Shown: positions 44,076-60,188 of the stretch, piece by piece
Layout of the letters: each line of letters begins with the position of its first letter
Numbering within the stretch: the stretch's first letter is position 1
Assembly (NCBI RefSeq): GCF_009914755.1
Contig: NC_060934.1
Reading direction: 5' to 3' (one strand)
From: the human T2T-CHM13v2.0 reference genome, Homo sapiens
DNA length: 64,000 nt
Notes under the pieces: generated by a model
What the model saw: only the letters and a program-made list of their open reading frames with translations
The model's database searches: none
What the model was told of the DNA's origin: nothing
Made by a program: the position numbers and the translations under genes

Positions 44076-47000
44076 ATTATCCCCTCTGATACACTCACCC
44101 ACATACAAAATGACCTACGTTCAAGGTGACGGTGACATTTTGAGACAAAAGACTGAAAACAAATTAAATGCACAATGGTAAGAGATACCCACACAATGGC
44201 TTACCATGCAACTGTTAAAAAAAAAAAAAAAAGAGAAGTATCCAAAATATAATTAAATGGCAGGGGGAGGGGCAGAACAGAATATAATATCATATACGCC
44301 ACCTTTTGTGTTAAAGGGAAGGGGACCAAATACCAAGTGATGTCCTTCCTAGTCAAAAAAATTCAATTAAAAATATTTTTTAAATGGGGCATTATTTCAA
44401 ATCTCAGAAGAAATATCATATGTACTCACAAATGTATAGACTAGTGGTTCCCAATTTTTGTTGCTGGGTCAAATGCGACATTGGAATTTCCTAGAAATTT
44501 TGGAATTGAATGCCCTTTGCTTGTAAGTGCTGAACTATCAGACCCTTTTTTTAACCTCCTCCTCTGCCAAGGAGCTAACAGAGGAGAAAGAACCCTAGCC
44601 TGGATGTGAGGCCACCTCCCTGGAAATGCCAACTGTCCCATTTACCAGCACTGTTCCCTGGCCAATAATTTAACAGCATTTCACCTGAGCCCCAGATCCT
44701 TTATTTTCTAAGGAGGTACACACTACCTACTCCCACAGACTTGCCGTGAGACTCAAATGAAATAATTTAGCTGAAACCACTCCATAGATGCTGCTCAAGC
44801 TGCAGATTTCAGAGCTGGAGATTCTGGGCAAAGACTGCTTGTTATTCTACCTGTCCAGAAAACGTGTCTGCACATACTGCTCACAGCTTCCTGTCTGGTG
44901 CTCTCCAGCCCTGAGTGGCTTCACACATAGCACCGCACCAGACTTTCTGGAAGCCATAGATGCCAGTCCATCTTCCGAGGGCATGACTCCCCACAGATGC
45001 TCAGACATTTCTCAGCTAGAAGCTTCCAGGGAAGGCTGGCTGCACAGGATGCCTCACTTCAGATTTCCTTATAGTAGAACCACATAAGCCAGGTCTGCTT
45101 CACACAGGTGAAGTGGTGACCTAAACTTTCTGCTGCTTCGTCATGGGGGCTGGGAAGCCAGTCTGCATACCTACTGAGGGCAGAACCAGCAAAACTGGGA
45201 TGCTCGGAAGCTGGGGACCAGGAAACAGGGCAGCAGGTAAAAGGTCTCCAAGCCTGCTGTCAACAGCTTTAGGGAGGAAGGTTAGAGCTGGGGCCAGCAG
45301 CCTAAGGGCACAGGGCTTAATAGCAGAGGGGAGACAAGGATAATACCTTTGATCACAGAAAAGCCTGTGATGTTTACCTTTCAAACACTAATTTGCCAGG
45401 GGAAAAATTGCTAATTTTGTCTGGTATGATAATGGTATGGTGGTTATAAAGTCCTTATCAGAGAGGCAAACTGAACCATTTATGGTGAAAGCATTTTAAG
45501 ACTATGTGTCAATAATCAGTGAAGCTGGTGGTTTGTGGATTCACTCTACTTTAGTATATGCTTGAAAATTTCCATAATAAAATAAGCTTAAACAAAATCC
45601 ACTATCATCATAAAAATAAATTTCACAGCAGGGAAATGTGAGAAAAGTATTCTCACAGTCTGATTGCATGCCAGACAAGCAGGGCCACGAGATAAGGCCT
45701 CTAAGTCACTAACATGGGCAGCCATTTCTCCTCCCAGGGTATCAACATCCTCATCAGAGCTGGGGCCCTTGAATATCAGGGGACCCACGCACGCTTCACC
45801 CATCAAAACTAACTGGCACTGCCCATGAATTCCTTTTTAGGGCTATTGAGGCATCCCAAGATGCTCCCCACTGGCTACATGGTACATGCTCTGTGTCAGA
45901 AGCAGCTGGCCTGGAAGATATTCAGGTGCAGAGCTTCCCATCTGGCATTCCCTGCAGGAAAATGTGCATCAGCCATAAATGACAAATGACAACAGGGACA
46001 CGTGAGAAAGCATTCTATGGGAGGGGCTTCTGAGGCAGGAGGAAGATGGATAGGAAAGACCTCAAACATCAATCCAGCCATTCTGGGCTGCATGGGATGC
46101 TACAAGTCAGCCTGCTGTTTCAAGCTGCCATGCCTTCATCCATGCTGATCCTTCTCCCTGGAATGCCCTTTATTCATGTTTTCCTGAGGGAATAAAAACC
46201 TTTGAGTCTTCCAACCTTCTGCTGTCCACAAAGTACTCAACAGCTGCCCAGGCCAAACACAGTCAGTTCCATATTCATTCATTTCTTCCTGGGCCAGCCC
46301 TGGGTCTGTCTGGCCCAAGATGCCTCACTGCCCTTCTCTCCTGCTCTGCAAGGTACAGGTGACCTCTGCAGGCTCCATCTCCCAGTTTCCAAAGTACGCC
46401 AATGAGATTCAGCCAATAAGAGGCACTAGCAAGAGATGGGAGGATGGAAGGGAGAACTCAGAGTATTTCTCCCCTTTCTCCAACTTGGGCAGCACCCACA
46501 TCTCAAGGCCCAGGGGAGTTCCAACTTCTTGGTGACCGCAGCCCCTGGGCTCTGATGGCACTACCTCCTCCCTTTATCCTCCAGAGGGGTTGTGGGAGCA
46601 GCGTTCTGCTCCTGCTTATCCCTGGGTTGTCTCATCACCCACCCCACTTCAGCTTCTCAGCAACTCTACCACTGGGATGACCAATCTCTGAATTACATTC
46701 TTCTCTCTCAACTCCACATGGTTTGTTTTCACAACTCTAGAGCCAAACCCCTCACCTGGGGGCCAAATGCAAGCTGCCCTTCTGCAAACCCTAAATTCTA
46801 AACACACTTCTCTCAGGAAGCTGAGGCTCGTCAAGAAAGACATGACTGATGTCTCGTCCCACAGAGAAGGCAAGGCATAGATAGGCCCAGTTCTCCCAGT
46901 ACCACTGCAGGCTGGCGAGGAAAGGAGACATAAAACAAGGGGTTTCGTAACATGTGGCCAAGTAACGGCAGATACCTGAGACATCCAGTCAACGATGGCT

Positions 47001-47434
47001 TTCAGAGAGGAGGAGACCAGGAAGCTGGTGTGGAAGAACAGGAACTGTGAAAGCAAACTGAGAGCCGCTGAGGAAGAAGTGGAGGCACCATCCTGAGAAG
47101 ACTCCAAAGAGCCCCGCAAAAGGAGGGGATGCTGCCAAGGAGGGGATGCTGCGTCGGCTTCTTCTCAGACAGCAACCTGATCTCAGGTTTGTGGGGGAAG
47201 AAAACAGAAAAGGGAAGAAATGGGCAAGAAGCAAATCTATAATCATTGAATTGAGAAGGAAAAGGAAGAACTGTGCTGAATGCACCCTGAGAGCTTTCCT
47301 AAGTCACATCATTTATCCCCAAAACTGGAGAGCTAAGATACTATGATCGCTTTTTAGAGAAGAGGGCAAGATGGCTTAGAGGTTAGCTAAATTGCCCCAG
47401 GTTCACACAGCAAGGAAGGGGCAAACAGATTTTT

Positions 47435-47740
47435 GTTTTTTTTCTTTTTTATTTATTTATTTTTATTTTCTTTTTATTATTATACTTTAAGTTCTAGGGT
47501 ACATGTGCACAACGTGCAGGTTTGTTGCATATGTATACATGTGCCATGTTGGTGTGCTGCACCCGTTAACTCGTCATTTACATTAGGTATATCTCCTAAT
47601 GCTATCCCTCCCTCCTCCCCCAACCCCACGACAGGCCCCGGTGTGTGGTGTTCCCTACCCTGTGTCCAAGTGTTCTCTCATTGTTCAATTCCCACCTATG
47701 AGTGAGAACATGCGGTGTTTGGTTTTCTGTCCTTGCGATA
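47435..47740 (-). mobile_element. Young 5'-truncated L1PA 3' end
   Basis: TTATACTTTAAGTTCTAGGGTACATGTGCACAACGTGCAGG L1PA 3'UTR; 16-bp TSD GGGCA(A/G)ACAGATTTTT at 47419-47434 and 47741-47756; TT/AAAA endonuclease site. Confidence 0.93.
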
Positions 47741-47770
47741 GGGCAGACAGATTTTTAAACACAGGTCCTC

Positions 47771-47968
47771 TAGGTTTTAGGACTATCAAATAAAACACAG
47801 GAGGCCCAGTTAAATTCGAATTTCAGATCAACAACAAATAATTTTCTAGTATATATAGGTGCCATGCAACATGTGGGACATATGTATACTAAAAAATAAT
47901 TCATTGTTTATTTCCAATTGAAATACAGTTGTGCATCCTGCATTTTTACTTGCTAACTGGTAATCCTA
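47771..47968. mobile_element. MER53 palindromic hAT MITE
   Basis: AAATAAAACACAGGAGGCCCAGTTAAATTCGAATTTCAGAT...GCATCCTGCATTTTTACTTGCTAACTGGTAATCCTA with inverted arms. Confidence 0.85.
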
Positions 47969-50037
47969 CTTGGTTTCCAAGTGCTTCCGTTATTCCAAGT
48001 CAAGCCAAAGCACCCTAGGGTGGGAAAATCAGAAAGCAGTTAATGAATAAAATTGAAAGGAGGGAAAAATTCACACAGCCTAATAGAGAATGCTAATCTG
48101 CAACACATAAAATAAAGAAGCATAAAAACAAAAGCAATAGAAGCTATAGAAGACTTTGAGAACTGGGGAAAGAATACACTGTACTTATGGAAAGCAGTAA
48201 AGCCTACCGGTTTTCATTTGTGGCCTAACAAGCGAATCCCAGTTCCCTTTACACATCACTGTCAGGCAGCAATCACCCAGAGCTACAAGGCTCTGGGCCA
48301 AGTAAGAACCAACCACGGAAGGGATGACTGTCATTAGCACTAATCTTCCTTACCTGAAAAAGAGTTCAACAAGAAGGTGTTCAGACAAGTAGCAGAGAGG
48401 GAGGCAGAGAAACCAAAAGGCTCCAATAGTTTTGGCTAGAGGCCCCACAACTCTGATGGATAGACAACAGCAAAAGAGGGAAGGGCAGTCTTGAGCTTAC
48501 TTTAACTTGTTTATTACAATGCAAGCAGAGTTCATCAGATAAAATAGCCTCCTTGCCCTCTCTTACCATCCCAAAAGTCAATACAACCAAAATATTAATA
48601 GTAGTTTGGAGAAAAGCATGCTCCTCAATCTTCAAATGAAGTCCTCAGGCTAGAAAGCAACCCAGAGGCAACAAAGAAAAGAGGTCACTTGAGGAGTCCT
48701 TGGCAGAGAAAACTACTGCCTCCCACAGACCACCCTGGCCCATCACCAGGGGTTGTCCTTCCATCATTCGGCTACTGCAATCCTGCAAAGTCAGTCCATT
48801 TCAAAGATTCATGTTTTGGTTTCTGTTCTTTAAACCAGCAGCTAAGGAGAAGTGGCACTAGGGCGTTGCCCATCAAAGTCCACCTTCTAGAACCCATACC
48901 CCCATGAAAGAGGGTCAAAAGTCTCTATCAGAGAGGCCAGTTTTGACAGTCTTCTGTCTGCCGATAGTACTAAAGTCAGAAAACGTGTACTTTTTTAAAA
49001 AACACAATGGAAAGAGCTCTGTAACTGACCTATAGGGAAAAAAACCAGATCTTTTAGGAAGTGTGTTTACCTCCTGCAGTCCTGTTACTTTTACACAGCC
49101 ACACAGACTGGTATAATCCTGGCTCACCAAACCCTTGGAAACCCACTCAGTTCCCAGGCATCCCCAAGCACCAGAGAAACATGGGTCGTTAGAAGCCAGG
49201 TTGCGAGGCTCCCCAACCTGCGGTGCACAGGGAGCTTGGTGCGGCCTCAACCACCCCCGCTCAGCTTTCAAGAGGTTATTTTTCTATCATAATCTTATAG
49301 GATTATCTAGAGCAGGACTGATTTTGAAATGTATTTTGGAGGACAATAGAAGGGGGTGGGGAAGTACTAATAATAGTTAATATCATTTTCTACAGGAATA
49401 ACTCACACATTACCCCAAAACTTTCCTGTGTGTATCAATCTCATTTGATCTTCATTAACTGTGGGATGGGAGCAAGATTTGTGTTAACTCTACAGTCTCT
49501 CATCAGGTAAGTAACCAAGGCTCAAAGGCCCTAAATGCAATACAACTTAGCTAGTAGGGTAGCCAGAACCTAATTAATAAGCACATAAGTCCTGTAGGGC
49601 CTGAATGTCCTCTGCTGTGTCACACTCCTTTCACGTCATCCCGCTGCCCAGCACCAATACTGAGGGAAGGGGGTGGGGCCGCCCAGGAAGCTGACTCTAA
49701 AACTGAAAATAATTTCACAGATACTTATGCAGACCATTGCACAGCAATAAAAAATAACTCACTATATGCACTGCATGGATACTGTTTAATATTAGTGAAG
49801 GAACTAGGATAATCAAAGAATCCAGACACACAAAATACATTCTGTATAATTCCATTTATATGAAGTTCAAACACTAGCAAAACAAATCTATTAAATATAT
49901 TGAGATAAATCAGAACAGGGTTACTTTTTGCGGGGGGAGGGATACTGACTGGAACAGAGCACATGACAGTTTCAGGGGTGTTGACAATTGCATGTATCCT
50001 AAGCAGGGTGGTGGTTACACCAGTGACTTCATTTTAT

Positions 50038-50379
50038 GGTGGCTTATGCCTATAATCCCAGCACTTTGGGAAGCTGAGGTGGGAGTATCGCTTGAGCCTG
50101 GGAGCTGGAGATCAGCCTGGGCAACCATGTGAAACCATGTCTCTACAAAAAAAATCCAAGAAACAAATAGCTGGGCATGGTGGTGCACGCCTGTGGTCTC
50201 AGCAATTCAGGAGGCTGAGGTGGGAAGATCGCTTTGAGCCCAGGAGGCAGAGCCTGCAGTGGGCCAAGATCACCCCACTGCACTCCAGCCCGGGTGAAAG
50301 AGTGAGACTTTGTCTCAAACAAACAAATACATACATACATACATACATACATACATACATACATACATACATACATACA
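50038..50379 (+). mobile_element. AluJ with (TACA)n tail inside an L1ME-like fragment
   Basis: Alu dimer then (ATAC)n at 50327-50378. Confidence 0.88.
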
Positions 50380-51726
50380 ATGAGCACTGTTTGATAAATT
50401 TGTGCATTCAAAGTCTGTATACTTTAAAGTAAGTTATGGTTCTCCACCGAAGGCTTTACAAAGAAAAGTGAGCAGTTCCCAAAATCTATTCCACAAACTT
50501 TATTGAACAGCTGTGTTAAGGTTATGGAAAACACAAATGACCCTTCAAATGGTAGGGTCTTTACATGGCAGTCACCATGCAAGGTACCGTCCAACTGCTG
50601 TGTTCAATCCCCTGCTCTGCTGCTTACTGCGATCTTCAAGGGGTTGCTGGGACTCCCTGTGCCTCATGTCTTTCATCTGTGACACTGAGATCACAAAGGG
50701 TTGTCCTGAGGAGTCAATGAGTCCCTAACGGTAAAGGGTTGAGAACCATACCCAGAAACACCACAAGACTGCAATATGTGGCAACTGTTATCATGGAATA
50801 AGACAGGTCATCCTACTAATGATAAATAACAAGATACCTGCCTTCAAATATTTCATTAAAAAGACACAAATAAATGTCTGCACTGAGTAGCCAGAGTGGA
50901 TTTCCAAGAGGCAGAAATGCTCTTACTCTTCCCCCGCCCTTCTGTAGTGAGCTCCTGAAGGGAATCCAGGCACACAGCCCAGAGTTGCCCAGCTGGTCAC
51001 TGCTCTCCTCCCATCCTCATTTTTCTCGGCATTCAGGTTCTGCCTGGGTGTGGGAGGAGTGCCTTGTCCAATCATTACTCAGCCCCTACTTCTTTCAAAT
51101 TAACTTCAATTTATCCTTTAGATCGTGACTAAGAAATCTCCTCATTCCAGAGCCTGCGCTCTCTAACTCTGCCTCCACTCCTGGATTGAATCAGGGGCCC
51201 ACCACCAATGCCACCAGCACAAAATCATCCCAGTTGTTATATACAGGCACACTGCCTGGCATACAGCACTCATGTTTGTTGAAAAAAATAAAAAAACCCA
51301 CTTGTACTGTGCTAGTCAGGCTATTTTTAAGTAGAGATTGTAACATAAATGCAAAGGAAGAAACTGATTCCAGACTGGGATGGGGAGGGGTGGGGGGGAA
51401 TCCATAAGGCTATGCCATGTGAAGAGGTGGCAATATCCTGGGGTAGCTGAACAGGGTGCAGGAGTGGAGTAGACCAAGGCCCAACTGGAGGGCAACTGAG
51501 CCAGGAAGGGGAGCACAGACTGTCCCCCATGCGATGAAGGAACCCTTCTCTAGTGTTATTTCTTTTCCAAGACAGGGAGTTTGCTACCCTGGCAACACTC
51601 CCTTAGGCCCAGCATCCTGGGAATTTGCTGTGGCAAAGGAGCAGCCCTGACTATCCTAACTGAACAGAACTGTATAGGAACTTCTAATAGGAAAATGCCC
51701 ATGAGATGAAGATAAAACTGTCCCTG

Positions 51727-52030
51727 GGCTGTGCATGGTATCTTATGCCTGTAATCCCAGGACTTTGGGAGGCCAAGGTGAAAGGACGGCTTGAGCCCAG
51801 GAGTTCAAGACTAGCCTGGGCAACATAGTAAGACCCTCTATAAAAAATAATAATAATAGTGACCCAGGAGTGGTGGCACACATCTGCAGTCCCAGCTACT
51901 CTGGAAGCTGAGGTGGGAGGATCACCTGAGCTTAAGAGGTCGAGGCTGCAGTCAACAATGATGGCACCACTGCACTGCAGCCTGTGTGACAGAGCGAGAC
52001 CCTGTCTCAAAGAAAACCGACCAAACAAAA
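51727..52030 (+). mobile_element. AluJ
   Basis: GCTTGAGCCCAGGAGTTCAAG, GAGGCTGCAG motifs; CTGTCCCT on both flanks. Confidence 0.88.
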
Positions 52031-52329
52031 AGGCCTGTCCCTAAATTAATTTATATGCCATCTTCCCACAGACTGTAGAAGCTCTGAGGTCAGACCTGGG
52101 CTCAAATCCCAGTCCCATCTGATAGTCATGGGACCTCAGGCAAGTGATACAAGCTTTCTGGGCCTAAATTTGTAGGCTTATGGCTATGGATAAACAGTAG
52201 TACTGATCGTATAGGACTGTGGTGAGGATTAAATGAGAGGATATACGCAAACCCCTTCCAATAGTGCCTAACCCATAGTAAGCACTGGATAAACATCCAC
52301 TGTTATCACAGCAACACAAAAAGATTTGG

Positions 52330-52878
52330 AAGTGGGACAATGGTGGTGAATAAAAATTCTGTAAGCTTTCTTTTTCCTTCAAACCTTTTAAAACTCCGGT
52401 TTACCTTGCCTCAAAAGAGGTCTGGCTTTAGTCCTTGACGTTCTGGAGGCAATTTCTAACCCTTTCGAAGGTCATGCCTGATAAGAGTGTCTTTGTTTAC
52501 CTGAGGGCGTTGGATCACACTGGAAAGCCTAACAGTGTGATTCAGCCTGAGCGCTTTAGGCCATGTGGTATCAGCACAGCCTACTCAGGGCCTGGAAACT
52601 GAGATCTGCCCTGTGGATAGGCGACCATGTCTATGTGATGAGCCCCAGTAAAAATTCTGCAGCCCAAGGCTTGGCCAAACTTCGCTGGTTGGCAATACTC
52701 CACGTGTATTGTCACACGTTGTTGCCAGGAAAGTAATGTTGTGCACACTCCACGGGGAGAGGATAACTAGAAGCTCCACAATGAAAAACGTTCCTGGACT
52801 CTGCCCTATATGCTTTTTCCCTTGACTGATTTTAACCTGCATCCTTTCCCTGTAATAAACTGTACCTGTGAGTATAAA
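52330..52878 (+). mobile_element. ERVL LTR (MER68/MER21C-like)
   Basis: GAGCCCCAGTAAAAA..GGTTGGCAATACTCCAC..GGGAGAGGA..GAAGCTCC..CCTGGACTCTGCCCTAT..AATAAAC. Confidence 0.7.
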
Positions 52879-53349
52879 AATAAGTAATTTAAAAAATAAA
52901 ATTACAGTTTATTCCAAATGCTATCAAGGAAATTAAATGCATACATTTCATAAAAAATAAAAAATAAAAAGCAACCATGATCTGTGAAGTGTTGGGGGTA
53001 AGATATGGGGGGATGACCCTTCCCTCCTGGAGGACAAGCTCTTGCCATGGGTTATTCCCTCATCCAGCATCTCCACATCTGGGTGCTTACTGGCACCAAG
53101 CCCAGAGCTGGGCGTAGGGCTAGGGCACTGCACATTTGCTGAGTGACAGAAAAGAACCATATATGGGACAGCTAACAGGCAGTACAAACTTAAGTTAAAA
53201 TAAGACATCAACACTTAAGGTCCAAATTTATAACTTCAAGACCAGGACAGTAAAAAGCAGCTAGCAGCTTTTGTAGACCAGAGTAAGTCTTTCTTTAAAA
53301 AAAAAAAACAAACAAAAACAAGAACAAAAACAAACAAACAAAAAAAATT

Positions 53350-53578
53350 AAGTCACTAGGAATAGAGGTTTACCAGGGAGGAAAAAAAAATGGGTGTTAT
53401 TGTTTAATGGGTACAGAGTTTCCTTTTGGGATGATGAAAAGTTCTGGATATGGATAATGGTGATGGTTGCAAAACACTGTGAATGTACTTAAAGCCACTG
53501 AATTGTACACTTACAAATGGTTAAAATGGTGAATTATATGTTGTGTATGTTTTTATCACAAAAAAAAATGCAAAAAAA
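53350..53578 (+). mobile_element. L1MB 3' end
   Basis: GTTTAATGGGTACAGAGTTTC..GATGATGAAAAGTTCTGG..GCCACTGAATTGTACACTT..AAATGGTTAAAATGG. Confidence 0.85.
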
Positions 53579-53927
53579 GTCACTGGTACTCTTCTCTGGG
53601 TACCTAAGGTATTTCACAATATAAACCCCATGCATGCAAGGCTCAAAATGGCATAAAACAGTTAATATACTTTCCAAGGGACATAAACCCTTACCAGGTA
53701 GTGATTTGAACCTGAAGAAGTCTAACTCTACTTTATGGAGAATACACTTAAAACAGTACTCTTTGGTTAATAAAAACAATAAAATCACCTAGTCAATTTT
53801 TTCCTCAAAGATTAGTAGGGCTACTAAATGAAGTGAAGACACGATGTTTTGACTCAACGGATGTCTTTGTTTAGATAAACTCTGGTCTAGTGAAGAACTC
53901 CACCCCACAAAAAACATCTCTCAGTAG

Positions 53928-54263
<336 letters not shown>

Positions 54264-57200
54264 TATTAGGATAATTTTTAAAAAGTCAAGCTTGCATACA
54301 AGTAATTTCATGAGTTGAAAAGTTATCTATATGAAACTCCAGGTATAATTATTTTTCTCTCAGATCTGTCCCTTTTAGCCTCTCTAATTCAATCTCAACA
54401 AGCAGACAGCACAAAAGACTCAAACTGTTCACTTATAGAAGCAACAGGTCAAGTGTTTAACACAGGTAACTAGATTTCTAAGAATTTTCTTTAGGTCACC
54501 CATAATCCCTGCTGCTTTCATTCTTTTACTCTCGTCCTTCCTCCTATGGAAAACTTTTTGAATGATGACTTATGCCTGGCTGAACATCCCAACTCTGCTC
54601 TGCAGTACCAAGTGGCCTCATTTGATCCTCAGTGCCCTGAGATGCCCTGGTGGGTATTACCCAGATCACTTTGGACACACACCTGGCACCGCAAGGCTGG
54701 ATTGATCTGGAACAGATGCATGGAAGATTAGCCCATCAATCAGCACTGCTTTTGTAAAAAACTAGAATTCAAAATTTCCTATAAAATAGTACCTCTAATT
54801 TTACTGCAAGAAGTCTTTGCTTTCAGATAGTTTCGGATTAAAAACTTGAGAAATTCCGTCCATCCACCATTATTCCATGAAAGAAACAGGAATAGAGGGA
54901 AAAAAACCACCTAGATAATTTCCATGTACTGACAGATGCAGATTATGAAATTAAAATATCAATGACATTTCTTTTCAATCATCATCACATAAAAACAAAA
55001 ATTAAAAACAAACCAAAAGCCTCCCAGTGCCACCTCAGCATAAATTGAGCAACAGCTCTCCCCATCTCTGCCTTACATAATAAACTACAAGCTAATTAAA
55101 CTGTGAATGAATGTGATAACTTGTTACCCTTAAAGATATTCACAGAGATAGATGAACTTCATTTTGGAAGCTGGAAGGTAAAATTCCCCTCCCTGGGAAC
55201 CCCTACAGGAGTCGGCCTAAGCTTCCCTTCCTGCATCCATGTGTGTGTTGGTTCCTTCTGCACTGCACAATCCCCAAGGCTGGAGAGAAAGGCTGTTTCC
55301 CTCTGCTCTGTATTCCCTACAGCACCAGGCCAGGGCCAGGCTGAATGAAAGTCAAGTGCAATCCTCGCTATGCTACCGGGAGAGCCCTAACATTCCTTTT
55401 GGATATTTGTATCCAGCACACAGTATTATAAGCACTTGACAGCTGAATCCTGCCTCTTTGAGGCTATATTTATTTTATTTATTACATGCCATTTTGTACC
55501 TTACTGAAGAAACAAAGGCGGGGGCAGAGAGGGGAGACCAGAAAAATCTCCCAGCAAAAAACAAATGAGTATTGTAATGAACTATAATCATTAAATTGCA
55601 CTCCATATGTCTGATCCAGGAACCAATAAGTAAAGGGGAGGGTTAATTCTAAATGACCATCAATCATATTGTTAAGCCTTTTTTAAAAGAATACTTATCC
55701 CTAAAGAGAGAACCTACACAAAGTGACCTTTGCAATTTACTGGTATCAGGGTTGGAATAGACTTCACAGCTGTGCATTTCACAGCCATAAAAGATAAGAA
55801 AATTTGACAGCCTTGGAGAAGTAGGAAGAATCTGCAAGTTAACACCACCCCAAGATCCTCACAATTAAAAATATTTTCCAGAGGATTAGTTCCTCTGTCA
55901 AGAAAATTGCAACCATCACCAAGCAGGAACATATTGAACCTGTGAACATTTACTCTGCCAACTTTGACAATTCAATATACCTGAAAACAACCACAATGTG
56001 ATTGAAAACAAAAAGCAACACCTACCCACTAAGGAAAAAAAGTATGCAGAGAGGACAGAAAAGATTACCATTATTCCTTACTCAGCCTGACTGCAGTTCA
56101 GTAGTTTGGATTAGCATTTTGAAGTGTAAACACAATTATTTCGGCAAGGCATGATTTAAGGAAAACACACACACACAAATACACTGTGGTGACACTTGTG
56201 TCTCTGCAAGACACAGCAGACATAAGAATTCAACAATCCCCCTACCCTGTTTTCAGATGCTTCCCCCATCACTGCTACAGGTCACCAGTATTTATTTGCA
56301 TTACTGCATCCCCCTGCAATGGGCCAGAGTTGTTTCCCAGTGGTGCATTTCAACATTAAAGAGTCATAGGAAACACCTGGAATGATCTGCCACCATCACC
56401 AAAACCAAGGCAGCAAATCTGAACACTTCCAATGGGGCTACTTTTTCCTCCAAGCCCTGCTCAGAAACACTTAGAAAGGAGAACCTGAAAATACTTTGTC
56501 CCCTTTCAGATAAAATGTTATCAGGAACACCCAGGTGTATGCTGCAAGGTAGCCCACATCACCCAAAGCTAGAAGGCAAGGGCACACTGATTGCAATGGT
56601 CCCCCAAAGTATACAATGCATCCATTCACATATCTGGTCTGTTTCATCAACTATGGTAAAGAAAGTGTTTGCTGTTGTGGCAGGGGAGTGGCTCTATGAA
56701 GACAAGGTCCCAGAGAGAGTGTTGGCACCTTCATCACAGAAAGAAACAAGTACATACATACCCGTGCCTCCGGAGCCAGCTCAACAAATTTCTGGGTGTT
56801 TCTCGCATGCCAAGCACTGAGGAATGTGATGAACAAGGCAAATTCTGCCCCCAAAGAAATTTACACATGAACCGGGAAAGATCTCGATAGTCGAGTGTCA
56901 GTGACGTGGGGTGGGGGGGGTGGTGTCTATGGAACCACGGAAGTAGGTGCATACCCCAGTAGCAGGTGCATACCCCGGTGTGTGGCTGACAAAGAGGAAG
57001 TATCAGGGCATACCAGGAAGGGGTTCAGGTGGAGAAGGCAGTACAGTCTATTTCAACTGACAAGGTAGAAAAGAGGGGAGGAATACAGAAGAACATTTAA
57101 GGGGATGAGCGGCACCATTGAGGAGCCAGAGGAAATCTACTGAAGTTCTGGGTGCTAGTAGTAAAGGAGTGATGTGAGAGCTTAGAGAATGCACACTGGG

Positions 57201-57484
57201 CTAAACGCATGTAAGAGGTGTGGCTGTGAAGCAAGCAGGGCATTCCAATCATGCAGAGCCTGGTAAACCACCAGAAGGTTCACCTGGATCCAAGGACAAT
57301 GGGGAGTCATTCAATATGTTTAAGCAAGCAATGGCTACCTTCAATTTTTGCTGTAGACCAGCCTCTCTGGTCCTGAACAAGAGTCACCACAAACCAGATA
57401 CTGTGAATTCTCTAATGATTCCCCATCTCTAGCAAATAGGAAGCACTGTAAAAGACTGTCATGACCTTTAAAATTTCAGCTTTT

Positions 57485-57791
<307 letters not shown>

Positions 57792-59004
57792 TTAAGTACA
57801 AATAGAGTATATGAAACACATAGAAGATACTTACAAATGTGAAAAAACTCGTAAATGCTGAAGAAATAGGAGAATGGCCTCTTTAAGAAGACTTGTGTAC
57901 AGTTAGACCTAACTGTGAGGTCATATTTTCCTCAAAGTTGTGTCTAAAGTTGTGTGTTTCCATAAGAATCTAAGAAATACTTTTCTAAACGGGGGGAAAA
58001 AAGACATCACACTCTCATCGTCACATTTATAAAGGCAATATCGATTTGTAGCTTCAGAGTCTGACAAAAGTCTTAAAAATTGAAAATAACATATTAGACT
58101 TCCAGAGTAAATAATCCAAAATATACAACATCAACTATATGGCAGATTTTATTGGTTAATGAAACCATTACACTGTTGATGTTTAAAATAGCCAGGTTTT
58201 CTAATCATGCCAGACCAACATATTTTTCTATTATAACTTCAAAACACCTTGTACTTCTGTATTTCCCTTAACTTCTACAATAAAGGATTAATTTTACAGT
58301 CAGAGAGACACTTAAATATCAGTGATTTATTATAGGCCTTGATTTCCAAACCAAACACATACCAAAGGTCTGAAACTGCCTGGAAGAGGTACACACCCTA
58401 GAGAACCACCTGAGGCCCTGCTTATACACGGAGAATGCCAGCAACTAGCTGAGAACTTTGAAGCCATCCAATTACTGCCCACAATTGCATTTCCTCACCT
58501 TCTCTAAGACCACCACCCCACAATAACCCTCACTACACTGAATCATATAATCCACAATCACATTCTCACTCATAGGACAAACCAACAGATCTGGCCTAAC
58601 ATACAAAAGCTACTCAAAAAGGTGACTATGCATTTGTTTATTTCCCCTACTCCAAAAAAAAGAAATTATGATCTGTAATCAGTAGCCTGATTCCCCTGCT
58701 GACTTCATGGGGAAAATTGAATAATCACTCAAAATATTCTATTCCACTTTTAAGCCCCAAATAAAATGGCCTAGGGCAGGCTATAACTCACAGGTGCACT
58801 GGGCGCTTGTGGACACGACTGAAAGACTGCTTACTGTTGATTGTCTCCCACAGATGATGTTTACCACTATTATACAGATACTGAGAACACAGGCCCATGA
58901 AACTAGTCGTTCATTAAATGGGTAGTTTGACCAGAATAGCCGCTTACATACCAGAAGAGACCATTGGTTAAGAGCTTCTATTAGCCTTTGGACTTGGCTT
59001 TAAA

Positions 59005-60188
<1,184 letters not shown>

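Noticed and set aside
46649-47346. 156-aa minus ORF and neighbours in a purine-rich region
   Set aside because: No recognisable domain or convincing splice boundaries; the region looks like old LTR-derived sequence.
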